Positions 49,666-59,522 of a DNA stretch of 64,000 bases are shown here, in pieces (positions within the stretch are counted from its first letter, which is position 1; each line of letters begins with the position of its first letter). The position numbers and the translations under genes were made by a program. A model generated the notes under the pieces. The model had not been told where the DNA came from. It saw only the letters and a list, made by a program, of their open reading frames with translations, and ran no database searches. Where the stretch lies: IMG/VR virus record IMGVR_UViG_3300032334_001259, positions 1 through 64,000 of that record; one strand, given 5' to 3'.

Positions 49666-50685
49666 TTAACCCCTCGAAGCCAATTTGTGATCTGTTTCAC
49701 ACATATCGTTTACAAGGTCTTGTAGGGTAAATTCTGGTTGCCAACCAAGAACTTCACGAACCTTTGTTGCATCACCTTGGATGTTTACAACATCAACTGG
49801 ACGATAGAACTCTGGGTTAACCTTAATCATAACTTGTCCAGTTGCCTTGTTACGTGCAACTTCGTCAACGCCTTCACCTTCCCATACAAGTTCAATGTTG
49901 AAATAATTTGCTGTAAGATTACAAAAATCACGGATGCTGCTTTGAATACCAGTAGCAACTACATAATCATCTGGCTTGTCGTGTTGCAACATCATCCACA
50001 TACCACGAACATAATCCTTGGCATGACCCCAATCACGAAGACTGTTCATATTACCAAGTTCAAGAACCTTCTGCTTACCTAATACCATGTTAGCAAATGC
50101 TTTTGTAATCTTACGAGTTACAAAGAGTTCACCACGGCGTGGACTTTCATGGTTGAATAGAAGACCATTACAACCAAAAATCTTATAACTTTCACGATAG
50201 TTTACAGTAATCCAATAAGCATATAGTTTAGCAGCACTATATGGTGAGCCAGGATAGAATGGTGTATCTTCTTTTTGTGGATTATACTTTTGAATACCAA
50301 ACATTTCACTGGTTGATGCTTGATAGAACTTAACATCATCAATCATCTTGAGACTACGGATACTATCAAGGATACGCAATGGTCCAAGAGCATTTGTATC
50401 ACCAGTAAGTTCTGGCATTTCAAAACTTACCTTAACATGGCTTTGTGCCGCAAGGTTATAAATTTCTGTTGGACGAACATTGTCAATAAGGTTACGGATG
50501 CTATTTGCATCACTTAAGTCACCATTATGAAACTTGACTCGATCCTTTACATCTTGAATATTTGGGTGGTCAAAGTTTGCGCTACGGCGAATAAGACCAT
50601 GGACTTCGTAGCCCTTGTCAAGTAGCAATTCTGCCAAATAGCTACCATCTTGACCTGCGATGCCCGTAATAAGTGCTCTTTTCAT
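49666..50685 (-). CDS. gmd: GDP-mannose 4,6-dehydratase
   Basis: ITGIAGQDGSYL, NLAAQSHV, QASTSE, SPYSAAK, FNHESPRRGE.FVTRK, RDWGHA. Confidence 0.95.
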   Translation of the reverse strand: MKRALITGIAGQDGSYLAELLLDKGYEVHGLIRRSANFDHPNIQDVKDRVKFHNGDLSDANSIRNLIDNVRPTEIYNLAAQSHVKVSFEMPELTGDTNALGPLRILDSIRSLKMIDDVKFYQASTSEMFGIQKYNPQKEDTPFYPGSPYSAAKLYAYWITVNYRESYKIFGCNGLLFNHESPRRGELFVTRKITKAFANMVLGKQKVLELGNMNSLRDWGHAKDYVRGMWMMLQHDKPDDYVVATGIQSSIRDFCNLTANYFNIELVWEGEGVDEVARNKATGQVMIKVNPEFYRPVDVVNIQGDATKVREVLGWQPEFTLQDLVNDMCETDHKLASRG

Positions 50686-50736
50686 TGATAATTCCTTTGA
50701 TATTGTATATATTGTTGATAATATACGGACATAAAT

Positions 50737-51198
50737 TTATGCTACCGTAAAATCTTCCATTCCTGCTGTCTTAAGTCGGACCATGTGACCCAACATAAAA
50801 TTCTTACTTTCCAGTGCTTTCATTACACCTAACCAACGGTTACGTAACAGTGCAACCTCGTTAATAATGGTTTCATAATCAATAACTTCTTCTTCGCCAT
50901 CTACATATTTTTCAGCATCACGACTTGTTAATGCACGAGCATAATGTTCCAGATATTTTTGGAAATGCTTTCTACGAATTTTACGTAATTGGATATTAAG
51001 AAAGTTAAGCACTGCTTCTATTTCTTGTAGTTGATTAAAACGATATGCTGTTATACCAGGTAGTGCACTCATATTTTTTTCTACAATACCATTAATATTA
51101 ATATCACGTTGTGCTAAATTAAATTCAGCTTCGTAATATGCAATAAAGTCTGGTATTAATCCTATGTTTTGACTTACCTTGGTATACCAATTGCTCAT
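50737..51198 (-). CDS. uvsY: recombination mediator UvsY-like
   Basis: Helical protein, EKYVDG, C-terminal L..AGME; next to uvsX. Confidence 0.75.
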   Translation of the reverse strand: MSNWYTKVSQNIGLIPDFIAYYEAEFNLAQRDININGIVEKNMSALPGITAYRFNQLQEIEAVLNFLNIQLRKIRRKHFQKYLEHYARALTSRDAEKYVDGEEEVIDYETIINEVALLRNRWLGVMKALESKNFMLGHMVRLKTAGMEDFTVA

Positions 51199-51416
51199 TC
51201 ATCAAAATCTTCGTCAGATTCCTCTATTTCAATATGTTCTGAAATTGCATTTTCCATAATTCTATCAACAGAAAGTGCATTTAGATCACTATCGCTTATA
51301 CCTAAATCAACCAATTCATTAATAACGTGGTCTGCTGCCATTTGGCGATCTTTTGCTGGAATATATTCCTTGATAGTTTGCCAAAATTGGACAAGTAAAT
51401 CACTTGTATCACTCAT
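51195..51416 (-). CDS. hypothetical acidic protein
   Basis: Start set at MSDTSD, overlapping the uvsX end. Confidence 0.6.
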   Translation of the reverse strand: MSDTSDLLVQFWQTIKEYIPAKDRQMAADHVINELVDLGISDSDLNALSVDRIMENAISEHIEIEESDEDFDE

Positions 51417-52455
51417 CAGTAGTTTCCTCTTTATTTTTTGGAGTATGCTTACTATACTCACTCATAATTATATCAAGTTGTTCATTAGTAAAGTTCTTCC
51501 TAAACTCCTTGATAATTTCTCCTGTCACAGGACTTGTATAAGCAAGGCGATTGCCATCTTTAACTAAAATTCCTTCATCTTCAAACATTTCAATAAGACC
51601 ACTATATGGACTCATACCAGTTTCGTATGGAATTTTAACCTGTACAGATTCAAATGGTTTGGCATAACGTGTTTTCATAATTTTACATGCGGCACGAATA
51701 CCATTAACTTCACTTGTCTTATTGCCATCTTCATCTTCTTTTAGTTTCAATTTACGCATTGCCACAACAATAGATGATGCATAGATAAAACCTTGACCAC
51801 CACTGATCTTATCATCTGGGTCAAACATATCTTGCGAAGCATATGTATGGTTAGTTGCGACCATACCAATATTATAACTACCAAACATGTTTACACAATT
51901 ACGAACAAGTGCGGTCAACGCCTTTGGTTTACGACCCATATCACCCTTTAAATCACCTGCTTCAAACTGATTAATATCAGTTGGAGTAAGCAACATACCA
52001 AGTGAGTCAAGAACAAATAGAACTTTTGGACGAGATTCTTCTGGCATTGCCTTGTAATGGTCCATAAAATTTGTAATAGTTTTGGCAACATCATCAATCA
52101 TTGCCATATTAAGTTTAAGAAGATGATCTTCGTCTGTCCTAACACCAAGTGCCTTGAGCCAATCCTCATCGAGTGCATTTTCTGTATCAATAAGAATTAC
52201 ATAAATTCCTTGATCTTGTGCATTTTTAACAACGTTTCCGCTGCAAATATAACTTTTACCTGCACCACTTTCACCAGCAAATACAGTTACTTTACCAAGT
52301 GGAATACCTTTATTAAAATCACCACTAATACGATAATTTAATGTGTAATTGCCTGTTGAAACCCAATCAGTTGGATCATTGTAACCAACACTCATGCCTG
52401 GAATTGCTTTAGTCAGGTCTTTTCTAAATTTTGAAATGTCAAATGGTTTAGCCAT
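51409..52455 (-). CDS. uvsX: RecA-like recombinase UvsX
   Basis: GESGAGKS, IDTE.A, VLDSLG, TNHTY, GGQG, KTR; start set at MAKPFD. Confidence 0.93.
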   Translation of the reverse strand: MAKPFDISKFRKDLTKAIPGMSVGYNDPTDWVSTGNYTLNYRISGDFNKGIPLGKVTVFAGESGAGKSYICSGNVVKNAQDQGIYVILIDTENALDEDWLKALGVRTDEDHLLKLNMAMIDDVAKTITNFMDHYKAMPEESRPKVLFVLDSLGMLLTPTDINQFEAGDLKGDMGRKPKALTALVRNCVNMFGSYNIGMVATNHTYASQDMFDPDDKISGGQGFIYASSIVVAMRKLKLKEDEDGNKTSEVNGIRAACKIMKTRYAKPFESVQVKIPYETGMSPYSGLIEMFEDEGILVKDGNRLAYTSPVTGEIIKEFRKNFTNEQLDIIMSEYSKHTPKNKEETTDE

Positions 52456-52486
52456 AATTATGCCTTTGTTGAAAAAATAATATAAT

Positions 52487-52521
52487 ATGTGGGCAGACTT
52501 GTCAATAAATCCGCCCACATT
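52487..52521 (-). terminator. hairpin after gp32 whose loop carries the TTGACA of the uvsX promoter
   Basis: ATGTGGGCGGATT-ta-TTGAC-AAGTCTGCCCACAT followed by an AT-rich tail. Confidence 0.6.
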
Positions 52522-52529
52522 TATTGTAA

Positions 52530-53531
52530 TTATTCTGCTGTTTTACGATTGCGAATCATGCTCAAGATTTCAGCTGCACGAGCATTGCTATCACCTTTTG
52601 GTGCAGTGCTTACAGGAGTAGATGCTACTTGAGATTCTTCATCCCAAGGTGCTGTATCTTCCTTAACACTTGCTACCTGTGGACGAGCAGTTGGTGCATT
52701 ACGAGTTACTGTAGTGGAATCTTCTGCATCAGCAGCATCACCACGCAAGCCAGCAGGCTTGTAATACTGTCCCCAACGTGCTTCATCATAAGTGGCACCA
52801 TCAACGCTTGCCTCAAACATTTCTTTAATAATCTTGAGTTCTGCGTCACCAGGTTTCTTTGGAAGGAAACTCTTCAAATCATAAAGACCAAATGCATCAA
52901 TTGCTGCATTTTCTGCTTGAGTCAAAGCACTTTCCTTACGTGCCCACTTGCTGGTAGCATAATCTGCATACTGACCCTTGCTCGTTTTAGTGATACTGAA
53001 ATCCAAACCACGTTCAAAATCTGTTGGGATTTCTTCAATATCAGGGTCTTTCAATGCAGCAATGATCAACGGATATATGCTGGGGCTAATAACGAACCGA
53101 CGAATTGGATTTTCGGGTACGCTGTCTTCTGCAAGTGGATTGTCACGGACAAATCCTTGGAAGATATAAGAACGCTTCTTCCAATACTTACGACCCATTT
53201 CTTCAAGACTCTTGTCCTTGAACCAAGTACGAACTTCTGTAAGAATTGGGCATGTTTCATTATACATTTCCACACAAGGAACCTGAACAATAACTGGTTT
53301 ACTGTTCATCTGACCCTTAACTCCGCTAAATGGGAGACGAATCATTGCACGTTCAACCCAGAAAAAATCATTCTTTGTGTCGCCATCAGGCAAGAACCTG
53401 ACACGTGCCGTTGCATTTTCTGGAATGTCCCAATGTGGATAGATTGCGTTATCACGACCGCCGCCGCTATTACCGCTACTGCGGTTTTCTTGTTGTGCAA
53501 GTTTTGCACGGATTTCTGCCAATGAAGCCAT
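52530..53531 (-). CDS. single-stranded DNA-binding protein (gp32-like)
   Basis: RFLPD, CP, YWKKRSY, G.DF..K...YADY..S; acidic tail; TATAAATA upstream. Confidence 0.9.
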   Translation of the reverse strand: MASLAEIRAKLAQQENRSSGNSGGGRDNAIYPHWDIPENATARVRFLPDGDTKNDFFWVERAMIRLPFSGVKGQMNSKPVIVQVPCVEMYNETCPILTEVRTWFKDKSLEEMGRKYWKKRSYIFQGFVRDNPLAEDSVPENPIRRFVISPSIYPLIIAALKDPDIEEIPTDFERGLDFSITKTSKGQYADYATSKWARKESALTQAENAAIDAFGLYDLKSFLPKKPGDAELKIIKEMFEASVDGATYDEARWGQYYKPAGLRGDAADAEDSTTVTRNAPTARPQVASVKEDTAPWDEESQVASTPVSTAPKGDSNARAAEILSMIRNRKTAE

Positions 53532-53678
53532 AGTTTTTCCCTTTCTGTTTGCCTAAATTGTGCCTTATACACTTGTTACCAAGTGCATAATGTATTTATA
53601 CACTGTAGCAAGAGTAATAGCAATATATTTTCGGCTCATAATAAGAAAATATATTAAATTTTATTTGGAGTCAATAAA

Positions 53679-53900
53679 TTATTTTACAGCGGCATAAACA
53701 ATTACTTGTGTGCCATTTATAATTGGACCAGTTAATGTAATTTGATAATTGCCTTCTGGCGTAGGTCCAATGTCAACAGCATGATTAGGAAAGTTTGGAA
53801 TTACTTCACTTATAACTTTCCAACTCATGCTGCCGCTATCTACATATCGCTGTTGATCTGCCCAATTTTGTAACCAAGCAAGATCATACGTATCAGCCAT
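53679..53900 (-). CDS. hypothetical protein
   Basis: 73-aa coupled ORF. Confidence 0.55.
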   Translation of the reverse strand: MADTYDLAWLQNWADQQRYVDSGSMSWKVISEVIPNFPNHAVDIGPTPEGNYQITLTGPIINGTQVIVYAAVK

Positions 53901-54123
53901 TATGGACTGTAGCCTTTATTTTTTCTAATGTTAGTATAGCATCATAAAGATGTTCTATGATATTGCCCGCAAATCCGCCAGTGTTTACACCCTGTTGCAT
54001 AAGATTTTTTGCCTCTGCACGAAGTTCACCAAGGAGATTAATCACATCATCTATGCTTGCATTACTTGTCAATCTTGTTGTTTCTTGTAATCCAGCAAGT
54101 CTTTTAATATCTTCTACACTCAT
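53893..54123 (-). CDS. small putative internal head protein
   Basis: ATGA-coupled start MSVEDIKRLAGLQE. Confidence 0.6.
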   Translation of the reverse strand: MSVEDIKRLAGLQETTRLTSNASIDDVINLLGELRAEAKNLMQQGVNTGGFAGNIIEHLYDAILTLEKIKATVHNG

Positions 54124-57100
54124 TTTATAACAATTCCTGCTACTGCTTGCATCCAACGAAGATCAGCTTTTACGCTTTCTTCTGTCTTTTCTTTCTTGTC
54201 CTTTACTGCCTTCTTGAATGGTTCTTTTTTGTCACCATCTTTGTCAACATCAAGGAAATCTGGCTTTGCTTTTGCTTCGTCAACCTTTGCTTCGTCAGTA
54301 TATTCAACATCATTATGCTTCATATAATCACGTGCTGTGTCAAGATAGTCAAGTGCCTTTGTAATCTTTGCTTGAACCCATTCAGGAAGATTTTCATCAT
54401 CTTGTAGGATTGCTTCAAGTTCTTTTGCCGCATCTGCCGCACCAGCAAGGTCATTCTTTGCCATACGGCCTTCTTGATCATATTCTGCCTTATCATCATC
54501 ACTTGGCTCACCATCTTGTGGAATGTTGTCATCTTCTTCTTGTGCGTAGATATAGTTTTCCATCAAAGGCAAACCCGCCAATTTACGCATTTCCATTACT
54601 TCTTTACTCATTTTGGTTTCCTTTGTTTCTTTCATATCACGTTCTGGATAATAATGTCCACCAGCATCATATGCACCGTGTGGATTGGTTGAACCGTCAG
54701 CATCATACCAGTCTTCTTTATCATCATAGCGTTTGTCATCGGCGTCTGAATCTTCATGTTCTGGTTTGTCTGCTGAACCACCTTCTTTTACTTGATAAGT
54801 TTTGCCATCTACTTCAAACTCTTTCTTACCAGCAGCTTTAGCAGCAGCTAATGCACCACTGAACTCATTGCCTTCATTTGGTTCTTCATTTACGTGTTCA
54901 CTGCTTTCCATAGCTTTTTTAATCCAAGCACGTGCTTCATCTTCTGTTTTAGCATGAAAGACATCACGACTTGGATTACGCTTTAGAACAATTTCGTAAC
55001 CACCTTTAGCATCTGGTTTAATCATATATGGAACTGGCTTTGAATCAGTCATACTTGCGGCACCAGCACCAAGACCAGCGGCAAGTGCACCAGCTGCTAT
55101 TGTTTTACCAATGCCTTCATCAGTTTCTTCTTCTTTCATGTACTTGTCTTTAATCTTGCCAAGTTCTTCTTGACTTGCACCTTCACGACCTGCTTTTGCA
55201 AGCGCAGCCATACCATCTTTGCCATATTTCTTTTTACCAGTGTAATATTGAAGTCCACTTTCTTCAACTTCATCTTCTTCAATACTTTCTGGATTGTATG
55301 CTGGTCCCTTAATGTTAGGCATTAATTCTTTATCAGAACTATGTTGTGCGCCTTTGACAAAACGATCCACTTGATTTGCGATTGCATCTTTTTTATGATC
55401 TAAATCCCAGTACATTCTATATAAATTAGCCATTCGTTGAGCATCATGCGGATTCTTTTCTTTAAGCCGTGCATAAATTTGATTAGCATCAGCATCTTCT
55501 TTGCCAGTCCACCAATAATCCAAACTTCCATCTTTTTGTTGATCATATTGATAACCAAAATTTTTCTGAACTATATCTAATATTTTTTTATGTATTGCAT
55601 CACGACTTGTTTGTATATTGGCAATTTTTTCACGAGCAACTTTTGCTGATTTATACAAAAGTTGTGGTGAAAGTTCATCAATTTGTTCTTCACTGACAGC
55701 ATCTTCACGCATACCAAGTGTTTGCATAACTTGGTTTACCATAGCACTTACATCACTGGTGCCAATTTCTTGTGCACCAACATGATCTTGCGCTACACTA
55801 TGAATAGCATCTAATACTTTATCAAGACCATGCGCACGAAGCATCTTGTTTGCGGCACCACTGCTCATAAGACGATGACTGATTGCATCAGTGATATCTT
55901 CTACACTGGCTTCTTCACCAATACTCATGATTTCTTCTGCAAATGCTTCACTTTCAGTCTTCTTACCCTTAATCTTTTCTGGCTTACGTGTTGTATCTTG
56001 ACGATATTCACGTTCCAACTTTGGATTTTGCTTAATAAGATTAAGTTCTTTAAGATACTTTTGTGCAAGAAGAATAGCTAATTTCTTGTCACTTGTATAT
56101 TCTTTGTCATCAGCTTTCTGTCCAAATGCTTCACCTTCACTGCTCATAAGGTCACCCATAAGTGCTGCAAAGTTTGCAACATCATCGCTATCAGGTGCTA
56201 CAAGACGGTTAGCAATATCACCAAGAATAGCAACCGCCATTGCCTTGCTATCTGTATAGTTACGGCTTGTCATCAACTTGTCAAGACCAGCATCTGCTTT
56301 CAAAAGTAATTTAAATTTTGGATTAAGAATCTTGTTCTTAACACTATCACTGACTTCATCAAGTTTGTTAAGTGTATTTTCACGAAGTTTTTTATAAGCA
56401 CCAGCAGCACTTGCAAGATAATTGTCAAGGTTTTCATTGTAAGTTTGTTGTGTGAACCATGCCTTTACTTCTGTAACATCATCAACTTGTTCACCCAAAA
56501 ACTCTGCAAGTGATTGTAAACTCTCATCAAATCTACGGCTATTATTGCTCAAACGATTAAGATGACGCTTAAGATTTTCTTTTACAGTTTGTGCGGCACG
56601 AATAACATTGCTTGCTTCTGCTGCTTCAAATGTGCGGCTACGTGTAGCACTTGCAAAGCGTCCCAGATTACGCATTTCATTTACTGCACGACTAATAATT
56701 TGTCCATTAGAATCATAAGGATTGCCACCACGTGATACGTGATTTGCCATTGCCTTTGCACCACTTACACTTTTAAATGGAAGTAGAAATTTCTCACCAC
56801 TTTCATTTACAAGGAAGATACGATCAACTTTTAACAAACGATTGTTTGGATTTTCCAACATGCGTTCATTATGAACAACATGAATACGAACATTGTTAAG
56901 GCTACCTTCACTCACCTTGCCTTTGCGTTGCCATAATACACGGCTTTCTTCTAATGATTCTTTCATTTTCTTTTTCTCTGGGTTGGTTTTAGCTAAAAAT
57001 TCATAATCTCTGCGACTTAATACATCTTTGCTTATGTCACGAACGTCAAAATTTAACATATGTGACTTTGCATAACGACGAAGTTCACGTAAGAAACGAT

Positions 57101-57362
57101 ACCAATAATCTTTGTCTTCTGGTAACATACGTTCAGTGATAGCATTATCAAAGAACACTTTCATGCTGTTACCATCAATAAGACTGCATGTAACTTCACC
57201 ATAATCACGTTCGCTTTGCTTATCAACATAACGGAAATTAAAAAAGCGTGAGGCTTCTGGATCAATGGTTGTTACACCATTTTCATCACCAAGTCTGATT
57301 TTTGGGAATCTATTTCTTAATTTAAAAAATAGATCGTTACTTGCATTACTTAAATCGGCCAT
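54120..57362 (-). CDS. large modular head-associated protein (conserved-looking N-half plus a string of Glu-delimited micro-domains)
   Basis: Directly downstream of terminase, TAAATA 5 nt before ATG, charged modules separated by xxE sites. Confidence 0.6.
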   Translation of the reverse strand: MADLSNASNDLFFKLRNRFPKIRLGDENGVTTIDPEASRFFNFRYVDKQSERDYGEVTCSLIDGNSMKVFFDNAITERMLPEDKDYWYRFLRELRRYAKSHMLNFDVRDISKDVLSRRDYEFLAKTNPEKKKMKESLEESRVLWQRKGKVSEGSLNNVRIHVVHNERMLENPNNRLLKVDRIFLVNESGEKFLLPFKSVSGAKAMANHVSRGGNPYDSNGQIISRAVNEMRNLGRFASATRSRTFEAAEASNVIRAAQTVKENLKRHLNRLSNNSRRFDESLQSLAEFLGEQVDDVTEVKAWFTQQTYNENLDNYLASAAGAYKKLRENTLNKLDEVSDSVKNKILNPKFKLLLKADAGLDKLMTSRNYTDSKAMAVAILGDIANRLVAPDSDDVANFAALMGDLMSSEGEAFGQKADDKEYTSDKKLAILLAQKYLKELNLIKQNPKLEREYRQDTTRKPEKIKGKKTESEAFAEEIMSIGEEASVEDITDAISHRLMSSGAANKMLRAHGLDKVLDAIHSVAQDHVGAQEIGTSDVSAMVNQVMQTLGMREDAVSEEQIDELSPQLLYKSAKVAREKIANIQTSRDAIHKKILDIVQKNFGYQYDQQKDGSLDYWWTGKEDADANQIYARLKEKNPHDAQRMANLYRMYWDLDHKKDAIANQVDRFVKGAQHSSDKELMPNIKGPAYNPESIEEDEVEESGLQYYTGKKKYGKDGMAALAKAGREGASQEELGKIKDKYMKEEETDEGIGKTIAAGALAAGLGAGAASMTDSKPVPYMIKPDAKGGYEIVLKRNPSRDVFHAKTEDEARAWIKKAMESSEHVNEEPNEGNEFSGALAAAKAAGKKEFEVDGKTYQVKEGGSADKPEHEDSDADDKRYDDKEDWYDADGSTNPHGAYDAGGHYYPERDMKETKETKMSKEVMEMRKLAGLPLMENYIYAQEEDDNIPQDGEPSDDDKAEYDQEGRMAKNDLAGAADAAKELEAILQDDENLPEWVQAKITKALDYLDTARDYMKHNDVEYTDEAKVDEAKAKPDFLDVDKDGDKKEPFKKAVKDKKEKTEESVKADLRWMQAVAGIVIK

Positions 57363-57378
57363 GTAATTATTTATCGCA

Positions 57379-58941
57379 CTATAACATAATAAAAGGCATT
57401 GGTGGAATGATATCTGCTGAATCCATGCTCAATCCATCACTGATTCTGGCATCATACATACGTAGATGTAATATCATTCTAACCGCTAATAATGTAGCCA
57501 TAACAAGGTCATCTGTTTCACCAATCTTTGCTTGATAGCTTACACCATGCGCAACGAATGTTTTTAATTCACTGACCAAAATCTTACTACAAATTTTAAT
57601 TTTATTTGTTTCTACCCACAACTTAAACTTACTACATGCGGCAATTTTGCTCTTTGGTGTAGTATTAAATCCTTTACGGTATCTACGTCCACCGCCACCA
57701 GCAGGTTCACTTAAGAAACTACCTGGTATATTTTCTTCACCAAAGTCAGCAACTGCATTAAGTGCAGCTTCGCCAATAGTATTATTTTCTATACTATAAT
57801 AGATGTTGCCAGGATCATTTGTAATTTCTTTAATATATTTGCAGATTTCTGCCATAATAGCAACTTGCTTTTGTATAATAGTTAAGTTATGTTGCCATTC
57901 AGCTACTTGACGCATGCTTGTTGCATCAAAAACTTGAATAGCGGCAGGATCACCACCTGTACCAAGACTTGGATCAAGTGCTATAATATAAACATGGTCA
58001 CGTTGTGGCTTTTCATACCAACGAACTTGACCTTGTTTTTCTATCGGTTCTACACCTTTTAAATCTGTCAAAATACTAGGAGCAATAAGAGTTTCGTCAT
58101 AAATGACAAATTCGCAATTATGTTCACGGCGGAAGCGATCTACACCAACACTTGCCATTTCACGTTCTGCCCAATCTTTACCACGTTCTGGATGACGATC
58201 CCAAGTAGCAAGATATGGACTAAATCCGTTACGACCAATAGGTGTTTCATTGCCAAAGCTATCAAATTTCTTATTTGCTTCTTTCCAAATATCAGCAAAT
58301 TGATCTTCATCACTGTTCGGTGTTGATGTAATAATTGCTTTACCACCAGTTGATAGGGTAGGACTAATAGATGTCCAAAATTCATGAGCAATAGTAGGAC
58401 GAACGAACGCCAACTCGTCACAGTATAGAAGTGAGATAGACATACCACGACCAGTAGTTTCTGTGGTGGTAGCACTTACAATGCGGCTACCATTGTCAAA
58501 TCCAAGACTACCTTTGTTATAATCAATAACGCCAGCACGTATATGGTCTGGGCAGTTTTCATAAGCATAACGAATACGCTGCATAATTTCTTGTGCGCCA
58601 ACATATTTGTTACTTGCAACCAGAATCGTGCTATCTGGAATAAACATTGCATACCAAAGTAAATAACCTGCCGCAATGGTAGTTTTACCCATCTGGCGAC
58701 CTAACATATTGATACTAAAGCGATTTTCGTGATAGTTTTTAAGTAATTCTTCCTGATAATCAAAAGGAACAAACTTTAATCTACCATGTGTAGGATGCTG
58801 AATGTAAAAGAAATTCTTAATAAAATATTCAGGTCCAGTTACGGGATCTGCACACAAACTAAACTCTATAAGTTCTTTCTGTGTTAGTTGCATACGTATA
58901 TGCGGTTTACGTATAAGGTTATTTTCTGGTTGTTTTGCCAT
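57379..58941 (-). CDS. terminase large subunit (gp17-like)
   Basis: YQ Q-motif, RQMGKTT Walker A, LLYCDE Walker B, TSTPN, ALDPSLG, DDLVMA. Confidence 0.95.
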   Translation of the reverse strand: MAKQPENNLIRKPHIRMQLTQKELIEFSLCADPVTGPEYFIKNFFYIQHPTHGRLKFVPFDYQEELLKNYHENRFSINMLGRQMGKTTIAAGYLLWYAMFIPDSTILVASNKYVGAQEIMQRIRYAYENCPDHIRAGVIDYNKGSLGFDNGSRIVSATTTETTGRGMSISLLYCDELAFVRPTIAHEFWTSISPTLSTGGKAIITSTPNSDEDQFADIWKEANKKFDSFGNETPIGRNGFSPYLATWDRHPERGKDWAEREMASVGVDRFRREHNCEFVIYDETLIAPSILTDLKGVEPIEKQGQVRWYEKPQRDHVYIIALDPSLGTGGDPAAIQVFDATSMRQVAEWQHNLTIIQKQVAIMAEICKYIKEITNDPGNIYYSIENNTIGEAALNAVADFGEENIPGSFLSEPAGGGGRRYRKGFNTTPKSKIAACSKFKLWVETNKIKICSKILVSELKTFVAHGVSYQAKIGETDDLVMATLLAVRMILHLRMYDARISDGLSMDSADIIPPMPFIML

Positions 58942-59015
58942 GACAAATATTTATTGACTGATAATCAATGTATGATAATATGCAATTGTCATATTTTACG
59001 GGTTAAATAAGTTAT

Positions 59016-59522
59016 ATGGATACTCTAATATTAAATGCAAATTATCAACCACTATCTTGGCTTCCGTTAAGTGTAATTCCATGGCAACAAAGTGTGAAAT
59101 TACACTTTATGGAAAGAATTAAGATTTTGGAATATTATGATGACTGGGAAGTTCATAGTCCAAGTGTGACTATGAAGGTACCTGCTTTGGCTATTACAAA
59201 AGATTATCATAGTTTTAACAAAGGTATCCGTTTTAGCCGTCAAAATCTTTATATTCGTGATCTATTCCAATGTCAATATTGTGCTGAAACATTTGATTAT
59301 CATGAATTAAACATTGACCATGTAGTTCCATTAAGCAAAGGTGGTAAAACTAATTGGGAAAACTGTGTGACGAGTTGTATTCCATGCAATAGTCGGAAGG
59401 CTAATCGTATGCGTAAACCAATTCGTGAACCATTTAAACCTGATTATTGGACGTTGAGTGCTAGACGTAAACAATACACGTATGATTTAAAACACCCAAG
59501 TTGGCGTGATTATATTAATTAA
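59016..59522 (+). CDS. HNH endonuclease
   Basis: RD.FQCQYC, IDHVVP.SKGG..NWEN....C..CN..K. Confidence 0.9.
   Translation: MDTLILNANYQPLSWLPLSVIPWQQSVKLHFMERIKILEYYDDWEVHSPSVTMKVPALAITKDYHSFNKGIRFSRQNLYIRDLFQCQYCAETFDYHELNIDHVVPLSKGGKTNWENCVTSCIPCNSRKANRMRKPIREPFKPDYWTLSARRKQYTYDLKHPSWRDYIN

Noticed and set aside
52629-53525. 298-aa ORF antisense to gp32
   Set aside because: Shadow frame of a codon-biased gene. Cys/Phe/Ile-rich nonsense composition, TTG start, no SD.
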